NCBI GenBank assembly: GCA_963718235.1
Contig: CAVQYR010000001.1
Location: 896,001 to 960,000, forward strand
DNA length: 64,000 bases
DNA from: an uncultured Actinomycetota bacterium
GTDB lineage: Bacteria > Actinomycetota > Actinomycetes > JAHEKZ01
Direction of reading: 5' to 3'
How positions within the stretch are numbered: the stretch's first letter is position 1; the number at the start of each line of letters is the position of its first letter. Below are positions 63,699 to 64,000 of this stretch, piece after piece. Below the pieces are notes generated by a model. That model was not told the origin of the DNA. It worked only from the letters and a program-made list of their open reading frames with translations, and ran no database searches. The translations under genes and the position numbers were made by a program.

Positions 63699-64000
63699 GG
63701 GGGTGAACGGTTTCGACTTTGGACGTCGTATTCAGGGGAAGCGGGTCGAGGATGCCGAGAACGATCTCGTTAACCATGTCTCGGAAACCAACAAGTGCCA
63801 ATACATCGCGCACTGACTTCGCCCTCGCTGCCTAAGCGAGCCTCGAAGTCCGTCAGACCGGGGATGCTTCCGCCCCGGACCCTGGCGTCGTCTAGGAAGC
63901 TCACCCAAGGTCCCGGTCACGGGGTCCGCGGGAACATCAAACAGTGACTGAGCCCGTCGGCAGCTTGCCTGCGTGACTGCCGGGGCTGAGAAAAGCACAG
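63699..64000 (+). ncRNA. ssrA: tmRNA (5' part, truncated by the window); tag ANTSRTDFALAA at 63797-63835
   Basis: GGGGGTGAACGGTTTCGAC 5' end; tag ends FALAA-TAA; smpB 7 kb upstream. Confidence 0.96.

Overview
High-GC actinomycete chromosome segment, mostly core genome. The backbone runs mtrA-mtrB-lpqB-comF-[raiA motif RNA]-hpf-NarL regulator-ycaQ-GNATs-secA-Rv3235 family, then a conserved hypothetical/Xis-like HTH/SAF (CpaB-like)/CpaE-like ATPase block. Next come metabolic genes (MFS, HAD, WS/DGAT, pruA, LipJ-like cyclase, large NAD-GDH, cysteine-desulfurase-like, GH15, zwf, pip), a tadA-tadB-tadC-flp-tadE-tadE-tadG pilus operon and a small accessory patch. The window ends with prfB-LPXTG protein-ftsEX-M23-S41-smpB, an S1P-lyase-like/FGGY-kinase pair and the 5' part of tmRNA. 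Most notable by eye: (1) one DnaA-box-like 11-mer (KTYGTCCMCAG) sits 38-41 nt upstream of a -10 hexamer in front of comF, the Rv3235 gene, the Xis-like HTH gene and tadA, suggesting a dispersed Tad/competence regulon, with a 10-bp-phased repeat array in one of these promoters; (2) a raiA-motif ncRNA with an extra hairpin; (3) an integrase-free amine-oxidase cassette bounded by a 65-bp duplication of a lipase gene 3' end; (4) the S1P-lyase-like/FGGY kinase pair. Five single-base +1 frameshifts in three genes are probably sequencing errors. All family calls come from recognising motifs by eye; no database searches were run.
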